Shown here piece by piece: positions 49,083 to 56,996 of a stretch of 56,996 nucleotides of DNA; the first letter of the stretch is position 1; each line of letters opens with the position of its first letter. The notes beneath the pieces are model-generated. The model saw only the letters and a program-made list of their open reading frames with translations, was not told the DNA's origin and made no database searches. Made by a program: the position numbers and the translations under genes. The DNA comes from Thermoplasmata archaeon (lineage in GTDB: Archaea; Thermoplasmatota; Thermoplasmata; RBG-16-68-12; JAFNFQ01), in assembly GCA_041489255.1 (NCBI GenBank), contig JBGPQV010000020.1, positions 1-56,996 on the forward strand, written 5' to 3'.

Positions 49083-49499
49083 TTGTTCGGCGCAGTACCC
49101 AAACGCATCCTCGTCGCGAACCTCGAAGTGGTCCTCGCCTCGCTGGGGTACCGCGTTTCTCGCGAGCCTTTTCAAGTCGTCGCCTTCAAATCCGTCGGTC
49201 AGAAGCAGCGGCTCCACCTGAAGATCGAGACGTTCGGCGGTAGCATGGTGCCCAAGGACGCGCCGATCGACCTGCACATCGATATCCTCTCGCAGCCGAT
49301 GAAGTATCACAAATCGATCGCGTTCGACGCAAGGATTGCGGGGGAGATGGAGGCGTTGGAGGAGGCGATCAACACATCGGAATGGCGGGTGCGGGGAGGA
49401 GACTGGATCGCGACCTGCCCTGTCTGCGGCAAGGAGATGGGCGGGCGCTTCCTGAGTGGTCACATCAAGGTCAACCATCCGAAGTCTAGAAGAGGATGA
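49083..49499 (+). CDS. Hypothetical protein with C-terminal C2H2-type zinc finger
   Basis: CPVCGKEMGGRFLSGHIKVNH. Confidence 0.65.
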   Translation: MFGAVPKRILVANLEVVLASLGYRVSREPFQVVAFKSVGQKQRLHLKIETFGGSMVPKDAPIDLHIDILSQPMKYHKSIAFDARIAGEMEALEEAINTSEWRVRGGDWIATCPVCGKEMGGRFLSGHIKVNHPKSRRG

Positions 49500-50691
49500 C
49501 CTGGACGGTCTCCCCCGCCTCGACGAGGTCGACGTTGGCGGGGATCCTGATGTAGCCGTCGGCGTTCGCCATGCTCGTTATCGCCCCGCTCTCCTTGTAG
49601 ACCGGCACAGCCCTGCCCGTCTCGATCTTGACCGTGTGGAACTCGGTGCGGCCAATCGCGGAGACGACGCGGCGGGAAAGGGGCAACTCGATTGTCTTCT
49701 CCAGCTTTGGCGGGAGCCTGGCCATCTTCCGGAGCATCGGCACGAGGATCATGTAGGCATTGCTGAGGCATGATGTCGGGTATCCGGGCATACCTAGGAC
49801 CGGGGTCTTGCCGACGCGACCGAAGACCGTTGGCTTCCCCGGCTTGACCGCGACTCCGTGGAACTTCACTTCGCCGAGCTGCTTGAGGACGTCCATGATG
49901 AGGTCCTTCTCACCGACAGACGAGCCGCCGGAGAAGACGACAAGATCGAACTTGGCGGCTTTCTTCAGGGATGCACGGAGCGATTCGACGTCGTCAGGGG
50001 CGCGAGGGAAACGCTTCGGTTCCCCGCCATTCTCCTCGATCACCGCCGAGAGCGTGTAGGCGTTGATGTCGTAGACCTGCCCGGGGCGGATCGGCCTGCC
50101 CGGCTCGATGACCTCGTCGCCTGTCGTGAGCACCGCCACGACGGGCTTGCGGTAGACAGAGGCATGTCTCACTCCAACCGCCGCCAACGCGCCTATCTTG
50201 GCGGGGGAGAGGACCTCGCCTTCAGAGATCACCTTGTCTCCCTTCCTGATGTCTTCGCCCTCGGGGGAGATGTTCTCGCCAGGATGCACGGGTGAATGAA
50301 TCGAGATGCGATCGCCCTTCTTCTCGGTGTCCTCGACCATCACGACCGCGTCGGCGCCCTCGGGGACTGTCGACCCTGTCGCCACTTCGACGCATTTTCC
50401 TTTGGAGACTCGCCTCTTCGGAACAGAGTTGGCGTAGAGAGTTTCGATTCTCTGGAGGATCTTGGGCTTGAACTTGCCCGCCCCATAGGTGTCCGCCGCT
50501 CTCACAGCGTAGCCATCCATCGCAGCTCGATCTGCGAGTGGGACCGATATCCTTGCGCGGACTTCCGATCCGGACACCCGCCCCGTGGCCCGTTCAATCG
50601 GAACCGATTCCTTCGTCGCAAATGGGCTCACGGCGTCCATGCAAATCTTCAGAGCCTCGTCGAGAGAGATGAGGGCCTTGAAAGGGCGCAT
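49486..50691 (-). CDS. moeA: Molybdopterin molybdotransferase MoeA
   Basis: AAMDGYAV, VATG, TTGDE, SGGSSVG, KPGKP and GMPGYP. Start trimmed to MRPFK at 50691. Confidence 0.96.
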   Translation of the reverse strand: MRPFKALISLDEALKICMDAVSPFATKESVPIERATGRVSGSEVRARISVPLADRAAMDGYAVRAADTYGAGKFKPKILQRIETLYANSVPKRRVSKGKCVEVATGSTVPEGADAVVMVEDTEKKGDRISIHSPVHPGENISPEGEDIRKGDKVISEGEVLSPAKIGALAAVGVRHASVYRKPVVAVLTTGDEVIEPGRPIRPGQVYDINAYTLSAVIEENGGEPKRFPRAPDDVESLRASLKKAAKFDLVVFSGGSSVGEKDLIMDVLKQLGEVKFHGVAVKPGKPTVFGRVGKTPVLGMPGYPTSCLSNAYMILVPMLRKMARLPPKLEKTIELPLSRRVVSAIGRTEFHTVKIETGRAVPVYKESGAITSMANADGYIRIPANVDLVEAGETVQVILF

Positions 50692-50738
50692 TAGTCGAAG
50701 ATAGAATAGCGGGAGATAAGGCCTTTGCGAATGGAATC

Positions 50739-51269
50739 TTAGGGATGCTGCGGGTGTCCCTTCGTCAGGCCAATGATGTGGCTGAGTTCGGGCAGGATCA
50801 ATTCCTCCATCGCCAATGACACCGCACCAAGACTCCCGGGCAGGCAGAACACGACGGCCTCGCCTATTGTCCCAGCCACCGCCCTGCTCAGCATCGCCGC
50901 GCTTCCGATCTCTTTGTAGCTCAGCTGCCTGAAGAGCTCCCCGAATCCATCTATCCTCTTTTCGAGTCGTGGAGCAGCCGTTTCGATAGTGATGTCCCGA
51001 GGAGATATTCCAGTCCCGCCATTGAAGATGATCACATCGCATCCGGTGGCCAGCGAGGCCTTTAGCTCCTCCTCGATTTTCGAGGGCTCGTCCAGGCAGA
51101 GCCCGTGCCGGACGACCTTGTGCCCCTTCGCGATCAGCCGTTCCTCAATCAGCTTGCCGCTCTCGTCCGTCTTGTAGGTCCTGGTGTCGCTGACCGTGAC
51201 TATGGCGGCAGTGACGCTCTTCGGTCCTTCGACCCTGTGCTTCCTCGCCGTTGAGGACCTCTTAGCCAT
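50739..51269 (-). CDS. moaB: Molybdopterin adenylyltransferase MoaB/Mog
   Basis: TVSDTR, NGGTG..RDIT, GFGELFR, LSRA and CLPGS. Confidence 0.95.
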   Translation of the reverse strand: MAKRSSTARKHRVEGPKSVTAAIVTVSDTRTYKTDESGKLIEERLIAKGHKVVRHGLCLDEPSKIEEELKASLATGCDVIIFNGGTGISPRDITIETAAPRLEKRIDGFGELFRQLSYKEIGSAAMLSRAVAGTIGEAVVFCLPGSLGAVSLAMEELILPELSHIIGLTKGHPQHP

Positions 51270-51702
51270 CGCCCTTCACCTTCGACACGAGACGGATGTC
51301 CCTGATCTTCGTGCCGGGATATTGCCCGGCCTCATCCTTCTCCAGCGACTTGACCATGTCCCAGACGGTCAGCAGTGCGACGGACACACCGTAGAGCGCT
51401 TCCATTTCCACTCCAGTCTTGTAGGTGGCCTCCACCGTCACTGTCGCCGAGACGACCCCGTCGCCAACCTTCAAATTGACACCTGCAGAGGTTATCGGGA
51501 TCTGGTGGGTGTGTGGCAGGACCTCCCAGACCTTCTTGATCGCCTGGAGGGCTGCCACCTCGGCCGCCGCTAAGGCGTCGCCCTTAGCGATCCGCCCCGC
51601 CTTGATCGCCGTCAATGTCGCCGGCTTCAGGACTATCTCGCCTGTCGCTACGGCCTTGCGCTTCACGTCCTTCTTCCCGCCAACGTCCACCATTCGCGCC
51701 AT
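51262..51702 (-). CDS. moaC: Cyclic pyranopterin monophosphate synthase MoaC
   Basis: [23 protein letters not shown] and WDMVKS. Start trimmed to 51702. Confidence 0.95.
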   Translation of the reverse strand: MARMVDVGGKKDVKRKAVATGEIVLKPATLTAIKAGRIAKGDALAAAEVAALQAIKKVWEVLPHTHQIPITSAGVNLKVGDGVVSATVTVEATYKTGVEMEALYGVSVALLTVWDMVKSLEKDEAGQYPGTKIRDIRLVSKVKGDG

Positions 51703-51703
51703 G

Positions 51704-52066
51704 TCATACCTCCCTTTTCCAGATCGGGACGACCTTCTTGACCTCGGAGATAAGCCACTCGCACGCCTTGAAAGCTTCCTTCCTGTGAGGGGCGCTGCAG
51801 GCCACAATGACCACCTTCTCGCCAACCTTGAGGCGGCCCTTGCGGTGGACCACTGTGGCATCGGTCAACTTGAACTTCCTGATGGCTTGCAAGCGGAGCT
51901 CCTCCAGCTTGCTGCTCGCCATCTCGTCGTACGCCTCGTAGTCGATCACCCTGAGACCGCGTTCTCTCCTGACGGTCCCGATGAAGGAGACGACCGCCCC
52001 CGCCTTGGAGTCCATCACGTCCTCCAGAACCCGCTTAATCGAGAAGTCTCTCTTTTGGATCGTCGT
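51704..52066 (-). CDS. moaE: Molybdopterin synthase catalytic subunit MoaE
   Basis: [29 protein letters not shown] and VPIWKRE. MoaE-like N-terminus continues upstream of the first canonical start (GTG 52018) up to the moaD stop. Confidence 0.92.
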   Translation of the reverse strand, partial: TTIQKRDFSIKRVLEDVMDSKAGAVVSFIGTVRRERGLRVIDYEAYDEMASSKLEELRLQAIRKFKLTDATVVHRKGRLKVGEKVVIVACSAPHRKEAFKACEWLISEVKKVVPIWKREV

Positions 52067-52312
52067 TCAACCACCTCCAATCGGGGGCATGAGAGCCACC
52101 TCATCGTTTTCTTTCAGTTTCGTCTCAGAATCCGCGAAGTCCCTGTTCACCGCGAGAACGACGGACCTTTCGAGGGGTTTCAATCTCGGATAACGATGCA
52201 GGAGCTCTTCAAATAAGTCGCCTAGGGTCGCACCCCGAACCACGTCAATAATCATCTCTTTGGATCCTACGATGTCCCGGTAGACGGAGAAGAGCCTGAG
52301 GTTGACTTTCAT
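52067..52312 (-). CDS. moaD: MoaD/ThiS ubiquitin-like sulfur carrier
   Basis: LFS.YRD..G, AVN and DEVALMPPIGGG C-terminus. Confidence 0.95.
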   Translation of the reverse strand: MKVNLRLFSVYRDIVGSKEMIIDVVRGATLGDLFEELLHRYPRLKPLERSVVLAVNRDFADSETKLKENDEVALMPPIGGG

Positions 52313-52455
52313 GGGAAACGGGCCCGGTTCCTTTGGAAATTCTGCGCGTCATATCATATCATGCGATCATTCTTAAACCCTGTCCCCCACCCCTCCATTT
52401 CCAATGGAGAACCTAGCTGTGACCGGATACGCAGTGCGTAAGAAAGATTGCCGAT

Positions 52456-52842
52456 TTAGTCGATTTTGAACTCCTTCTTCTTCGCTTCCACCTGTTTTTC
52501 AAGGCGAGAGGAGAGGAGCCAAGCAAGATATTCTATCCTATCCTGATTCTGAACGAACCTTGCTTTGCTATCCGTATCCATCAGCTTGTTGAATTCCCTG
52601 AACTTCTTGATAGTGTCTCCAAGATAGAAGATACCCGCCAGCAGCAGGATCGGTCCGAGGAACATTATCCAGACCATCCAGTTGTCTATCTTGACCTTAA
52701 TCAAATCATAGAAGAAATTAGATGGTTCGGGAGGTGTGGATGGTAAGGTGAAGCTGATAATCGTGAGAATGGTCATGACGAGGCCGGCGATGAAGATCAT
52801 CGCGGCGACCTCTAAACGGAATTCCCTGTACAGGCGTGCCAC
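52456..52842 (-). CDS. DUF3198-like two-TM protein
   Basis: Two hydrophobic helices followed by FNKLMDTDSKARF...IEYLAWLL. Confidence 0.65.
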   Translation of the reverse strand: MARLYREFRLEVAAMIFIAGLVMTILTIISFTLPSTPPEPSNFFYDLIKVKIDNWMVWIMFLGPILLLAGIFYLGDTIKKFREFNKLMDTDSKARFVQNQDRIEYLAWLLSSRLEKQVEAKKKEFKID

Positions 52843-52950
52843 ACTTTCCGTAAGAAAACTTCTCGTTAATAAGCTTTGGAGTAGGCTGGCGCCGTCCAGG
52901 GGAAACAGTGGGGTGGGGGTCTGAATGGACTTTGCCGGCTCAAAATGCGC

Positions 52951-52970
52951 TCACCGTGCTATCACGGTGA
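52951..52970. promoter_or_regulatory. Perfect inverted repeat TCACCGTG-CTAT-CACGGTGA
   Basis: Read directly in the divergent intergenic region upstream of nrdJ. Confidence 0.5.
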
Positions 52971-53021
52971 ATACATTGCCTCCACCTCACGAAAGACACA
53001 AGAATTCCGACCGCCCTTGAT

Positions 53022-53038
53022 ACCTCATTCAATGAGGT
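53022..53038. promoter_or_regulatory. Perfect inverted repeat ACCTCATT-C-AATGAGGT
   Basis: Read directly about 70 nt upstream of the TATA-like CTTTATGT of nrdJ. Confidence 0.5.
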
Positions 53039-53110
53039 CAAGTAGTTGGTAGCAGGTCTGATAACAAACACCGTAGATACAGGTAACAGAAATGTTTCAG
53101 AAAGGGCTTT

Positions 53111-56100
53111 ATGTCTACCAGAGCTACGGCTCGCTCACCCCCAATTCCCCTGTCGCTCATCAAGTCAAACCCCCATCGTCAGGGAGGTGTTGCAACGAAC
53201 CTAGTAGAAGGAAAAGGTCATCCTCGCTCTCGCTCACACCCGGATCTCGCTCCCCCCCAGCTCACGGAGAACGCTCTCCGTGTCCTCGAGAAACGCTATC
53301 TGAACAGGAACGAGACGGGCAAGGCGATCGAGAACCCGACGGAGATGTTCTGGCGGGTCGCGAAGAACCTCGCGCAGGCGGAGGCCTTGTACGGCGCCAC
53401 CGACAGCCAGGTCGAGACGGTGGCAAAGGAGTTCTACCGCCTCATGTCGAGCATGGAGTTCCTGCCGAACAGCCCGACCCTCATGAACGCCGGGAATGAG
53501 CTGCAGCAGCTCGCCGCCTGCTTCGTCCTGCCGATAGAGGACTCGATCGAGGGCATATTCAACACGCTGAAGCACCAAGCCCTCATCCACAAGTCCGGCG
53601 GCGGGACCGGCTTCGCGTTCTCCCGCCTCAGGCCGAAGAACGACTTCGTACAAAGCACGAGCGGCGTGGCCTCCGGCCCCGTCAGCTTCATGAAGATCTT
53701 CGATGCGGCGACGCAGCAAATCAAGCAGGGCGGGAAGAGGCGGGGCGCCAACATGGGCATACTCCGCGTCGACCACCCGGACATCCTCGAGTTCATCTCC
53801 TGCAAGGACGACATCACTCAGATTACCAACTTCAACATCTCCGTGGCGGTCACGGACACCTTCATGCGGGCGGTGAGGGCTTCGAAGAACTACGACCTCC
53901 TCAACCCCAGGACCAGGAAGAACGCCGGTCAGCTGAACGCCCGCGAGGTATTCGACAAGATTGCGCAGCAGGCGTGGAAGAACGGAGAGCCTGGATTGTT
54001 CTTCATCGACAAGACGAACGCGATGAACGCGTGCCCCGCACTCGGCGAGATAGAGGCCACGAACCCGTGCGTCGCGGGCGACACGCTCGTGGCGACGGAG
54101 CGGGGCCTGATGACCATCAGGGAGATGGCCGAGCGGTATCCCAACGGCGGCATTTCCATCGTCACCGACCGGCGAGTGCAGGCTGAGGTCGTGACGGAAT
54201 CGGGCGGCCTGTTGCTTGTTTCCGCCGACGAGGCAGAGAGCGGCACGCGACTCGGACCGATCATCGGCGCATGGTGCTCGGGCGTGAAGCCGGTGTGGCG
54301 GCTGGTCACCAAGGGAGGCTTGGAACTGAAGCTGACCGGCGATCACAAGGTCCGGACGACCGAGGGCTGGGTGCCCGCAGGCGAATTGATACCAGGACAT
54401 CACAGGCTTCTGGTCCAGTCGGGCGAGGGCGCCTTCCCATCGGACCGGAATCTTCCCTTCAAACCCGCAAGCCTCTTCATTGGAAAGAACGGAAAGGTCA
54501 CTAAGCTGAACCTCCCGCACGAATGGTCCAGGGAGCTCGGGCTCGCCCTGGGCTGGCTGGTCGGGGACGGCTGGTTGCGCTCAGGTGACCGGAACTGCCG
54601 TGTCGGGTTCACGTTCTCCCGCGAGGACGCGCCGATGTTCGCGAGGCTCAGGCCGTTCTTGGACGGATTGTACGGGCGTCGAGTCCGCGCGGTGCGCAGG
54701 TCCAACGGCGTCTATAACCTGTCGTACCACGCGCGTCCGTTCGTGGATTTCTTCGAGTCACTCGGCGTGCACTCATGGGATTCGGCATGCAAGGAGGTGC
54801 CCGAGGCTGTGTTCCGCGCTCCGCGAGACGTCGTGGTGGCATTCCTCCAGGCGCTGTTTACCGCCGACGGCACCGTCAGGAAAAACCCGAAGGCGAACAG
54901 CTCGTGGGTCGCCCTCACGTCGAAGAGCCGGCGCCTCTTGCAGGGCGTGCAGTTGCTGTTGCTGAACCTCGGGATTAGATCACAGATATTGGACCGGAGC
55001 AGACCTCCACGCAAGACTGGATTGACTTACACCAAGAAGGACGGGACGCTGAAGGCCTACAGCTCGGACGGAGTCCTGTACGAACTCGCGGTCTTCGGCC
55101 AGAGCAGGGAGAAATTCCGGAATGAAGTCGGCTTCCTCGACGAGAAGCAGATGCGCCTCTCGTCAATGCCGTTCCGCAGATTCTACGGCACGAAGTTCGA
55201 GGATTTGCTCGTGGCGAAGGAGTTCGTCGGGGACAGCGAGGTGTACGACCTCACTGAGCCGATGTCGCACTCGATGACCTGCAACGGCATCGTCGTGCGG
55301 CAGTGCGGGGAGCAGCCCCTCTTGCCCTACGAGTCCTGCAACCTCGGCTCGATCAACCTCGACTCGCACCTCAGGCAGATCAAGGGCAAGTGGGAGGTCG
55401 ACTGGAAGAAGCTCGAGAGGAACATGCGGACGGCAGCGCGTCTGCTCGACGATGTCATAGACATGAACAAGTACCCGGTCAAGCAGATCGAGGAGATGAC
55501 AAAGAGGACCAGGAAGATCGGGCTCGGGGTCATGGGTTTCGCGCGATTGCTTTTCAAGCTCGGTATTCCCTACGACTCGGACGAGGCCCTGGCCATGGCC
55601 AGGAAGGTCATGAAGGCCATTCAGGATACGGGCTTCGACGAGAGCAAGAAGCTGGCGGCGGAGAGAGGCGTGTTCCCCGCATGGGACAAGTCTGTTTTCA
55701 AGGAGAAGGGGCTCAAGGTGCGCAACTCCGCCGTCACGACGGTGGCCCCGACGGGCACGCTGTCCATGATCGCGGACGCGTCAGGCGGGTGCGAGCCGGA
55801 ATACAGCCTCATCTGGTACAAGCGCGTGATGGAGGGCGAGCGCCTGCCCTACGTCCTCGACTACTTCATCGAGGTCGCGAAGAGGGAGGGCTTCTGGACA
55901 GACGAGCTCATGAAGAAGATAGCGGAGAACAAGGGGTCGGTGCGCGGCCTCAAGGAGGTCCCCGAGAAGTGGCAGAGGGTCTTCGTGACAGCGCACGACG
56001 CCTCGCCGGACTGGCACGTGAAGATGCAGGCGGCGTTCCAGGAGTTCACCGACTCTGCGGTATCGAAGACGATCAACATGCCGAAGGAGGCCACGGTCGA

Positions 56101-56785
56101 GGACGTCAAGTCGGCCTACATGCTCGCGTACGACCTCGGCTGCAAGGGCATCACGGTGTACCGCGACGGCTCGAGGGCGGAGCAGGTGATGAACGTCGGG
56201 ACGGAGGAGATGGCGGTGCAGAAGCCGGCGGGAACGGAGGAGGGCGTGAGGAAGCCCCGCGCCAGGCCGGACACCATAGAGGGCAGGACGCAGAAGATCA
56301 TCACGGGCTATGGCTCGCTGTACATCACGATCAACGAGGACGACAAGGGCCTGTTCGAGGTGTTCGCGCAGATAGGCAGGGCAGGCGGGTACACCGACTC
56401 GTTCACCGAGGCGCTCGCGAGGCTGATCAGCCTGTGCCTGAGGAGCGGGATACCCGTCGACGAGATTATCGACCAGCTCGAGGGCATAAGGTCGCCGAGG
56501 ATAGCGATAGACCACCAGGTGCGCATATTCTCCATACCGGACGCGCTGGCGAAAGCCCTGAAGAGGCACATGGGCATCACGAAGCTCGGACTGCAGCCAC
56601 CGGTCGAGTCCTTCGAGGAGCATGGCACGATCCACGCCGACGACGAGATGGACAAGGAGCACCGCGAGGACTACGAGGTCATAGTCAGGAAAGGCCTCAA
56701 CCCCGAGTGCCCGGAGTGCGGCAACGCCCTCGTCTACGAGGAAGGCTGCGTCAAGTGCCACACGTGCGGATACTCTGAATGCTGA
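53111..56785 (+). CDS. nrdJ: Class II (adenosylcobalamin-dependent) ribonucleotide reductase with intein, C-terminal TSCPD domain and Zn ribbon
   Basis: FLPNSPTL, ACFV, SGGGTG, RRGANM, NP|CGEQPL, CNLGSIN, APTGT, SKTIN, KGITVYRDGSR and CPECG...CHTCGYSEC. Start uncertain (see findings). Confidence 0.96.
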   Translation: MSTRATARSPPIPLSLIKSNPHRQGGVATNLVEGKGHPRSRSHPDLAPPQLTENALRVLEKRYLNRNETGKAIENPTEMFWRVAKNLAQAEALYGATDSQVETVAKEFYRLMSSMEFLPNSPTLMNAGNELQQLAACFVLPIEDSIEGIFNTLKHQALIHKSGGGTGFAFSRLRPKNDFVQSTSGVASGPVSFMKIFDAATQQIKQGGKRRGANMGILRVDHPDILEFISCKDDITQITNFNISVAVTDTFMRAVRASKNYDLLNPRTRKNAGQLNAREVFDKIAQQAWKNGEPGLFFIDKTNAMNACPALGEIEATNPCVAGDTLVATERGLMTIREMAERYPNGGISIVTDRRVQAEVVTESGGLLLVSADEAESGTRLGPIIGAWCSGVKPVWRLVTKGGLELKLTGDHKVRTTEGWVPAGELIPGHHRLLVQSGEGAFPSDRNLPFKPASLFIGKNGKVTKLNLPHEWSRELGLALGWLVGDGWLRSGDRNCRVGFTFSREDAPMFARLRPFLDGLYGRRVRAVRRSNGVYNLSYHARPFVDFFESLGVHSWDSACKEVPEAVFRAPRDVVVAFLQALFTADGTVRKNPKANSSWVALTSKSRRLLQGVQLLLLNLGIRSQILDRSRPPRKTGLTYTKKDGTLKAYSSDGVLYELAVFGQSREKFRNEVGFLDEKQMRLSSMPFRRFYGTKFEDLLVAKEFVGDSEVYDLTEPMSHSMTCNGIVVRQCGEQPLLPYESCNLGSINLDSHLRQIKGKWEVDWKKLERNMRTAARLLDDVIDMNKYPVKQIEEMTKRTRKIGLGVMGFARLLFKLGIPYDSDEALAMARKVMKAIQDTGFDESKKLAAERGVFPAWDKSVFKEKGLKVRNSAVTTVAPTGTLSMIADASGGCEPEYSLIWYKRVMEGERLPYVLDYFIEVAKREGFWTDELMKKIAENKGSVRGLKEVPEKWQRVFVTAHDASPDWHVKMQAAFQEFTDSAVSKTINMPKEATVEDVKSAYMLAYDLGCKGITVYRDGSRAEQVMNVGTEEMAVQKPAGTEEGVRKPRARPDTIEGRTQKIITGYGSLYITINEDDKGLFEVFAQIGRAGGYTDSFTEALARLISLCLRSGIPVDEIIDQLEGIRSPRIAIDHQVRIFSIPDALAKALKRHMGITKLGLQPPVESFEEHGTIHADDEMDKEHREDYEVIVRKGLNPECPECGNALVYEEGCVKCHTCGYSEC
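54068..55303 (+). mobile_element. Intein with LAGLIDADG homing endonuclease (412 aa)
   Basis: Block A CVAGDTLV, block B LTGDHKV, endonuclease motifs LGWLVGDG and LQALFTADG, blocks F/G VYDLTEP...NGIVVRQ/C. It splits the conserved NPCGEQ. Confidence 0.95.
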
Positions 56786-56791
56786 AGAGAC

Positions 56792-56996
56792 TCAATCCGG
56801 CATTGGGGTCTTCTTGCGCACTCTGAGGACAGTCACCGCTAGGCCCGCGACCAGTATGACCAGGTCGACGCCTGTGCCGATTCCGATGACTGGCGGTATC
56901 GAGAGGTATCCCGTGACCAGGGACGCCATTCCCGTGGCGGTCTCGATGAGGACGAATGGCAGTGAGAAGATCGTGAACGCCTTCACCACCGCCATC
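56792..56996 (-). CDS. C-terminal part of a membrane protein (5' end beyond the window)
   Basis: Two hydrophobic helices and a basic tail; the frame is open to the right edge. Confidence 0.65.
   Translation of the reverse strand, partial: MAVVKAFTIFSLPFVLIETATGMASLVTGYLSIPPVIGIGTGVDLVILVAGLAVTVLRVRKKTPMPD

Noticed and set aside
39361-51861. N-terminal extensions of map, moeA and moaC in the track (likewise ychF and pantothenate synthetase elsewhere)
   Set aside because: Most run into neighbouring genes and all precede the family-typical N-termini, so starts were trimmed.
52067-52069. Selenocysteine recoding of the moaD TGA
   Set aside because: The position is not a catalytic Cys equivalent, MoaD needs a free Gly-Gly end, and no SECIS was recognised.
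52843-53110. Cobalamin riboswitch or NrdR box upstream of nrdJ
   Set aside because: No B12-box consensus seen; CACCGTAGATACAG matches the NrdR consensus only weakly.
53234-56778. 428-aa, 491-aa and 326-aa alternative-frame ORFs over nrdJ
   Set aside because: Low-information shadow frames (antisense, or Arg/Gly-rich shifted frame) of a well-supported gene.
1-56996. CRISPR arrays, tRNA/rRNA genes, transposases, integrases
   Set aside because: None recognised by eye and intergenic gaps are short. tRNAscan-SE and Infernal would be needed to exclude small RNAs.

Overview
Archaeal genomic window, most likely Thermoplasmatota. Support: aIF2-beta fused to a TRAM domain, EgsA, RadA, rpS8e, SRP19, Dph5, archaeal phosphopantothenate synthetase and a DUF3198-like protein. 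Most of 10-57 kb is housekeeping (polB, ychF, pyrG, tldD/tldE, cysK, map, tsaC, radA, dph5, egsA, a Moco operon and class II RNR). Five things stand out. (1) Positions 1-9740 on the minus strand are one uninterrupted reading frame of at least 3246 aa that the ORF track omits because it runs off the left edge. It encodes a signal-peptide-bearing RHS/YD-repeat protein whose repeat array is interrupted by about 1000 aa of lectin-like and repeated unnamed domains. (2) A ~1490-aa alpha-2-macroglobulin/thioester protein has an intact CGEQ and a two-helix transmembrane hairpin just before its bait region. It lies near a presenilin homologue and directly before a membrane-tethered winged-helix protein. 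(3) A 1220-aa protein has a Zn-ribbon/HhH/TPR head, one TM helix, a large ectodomain and a PEF-CTERM-like tail. (4) The RNR carries a 412-aa LAGLIDADG intein that ends in Arg-Gln, directly before the catalytic Cys. (5) moaE and nrdJ each have a perfect GGAGGTG followed 5 nt later by an in-frame ACG, and moaD and moaE are in frame across a single TGA. I recognised no rRNA, tRNA, CRISPR array or transposase. All family calls come from motif recognition by eye, not from database searches.
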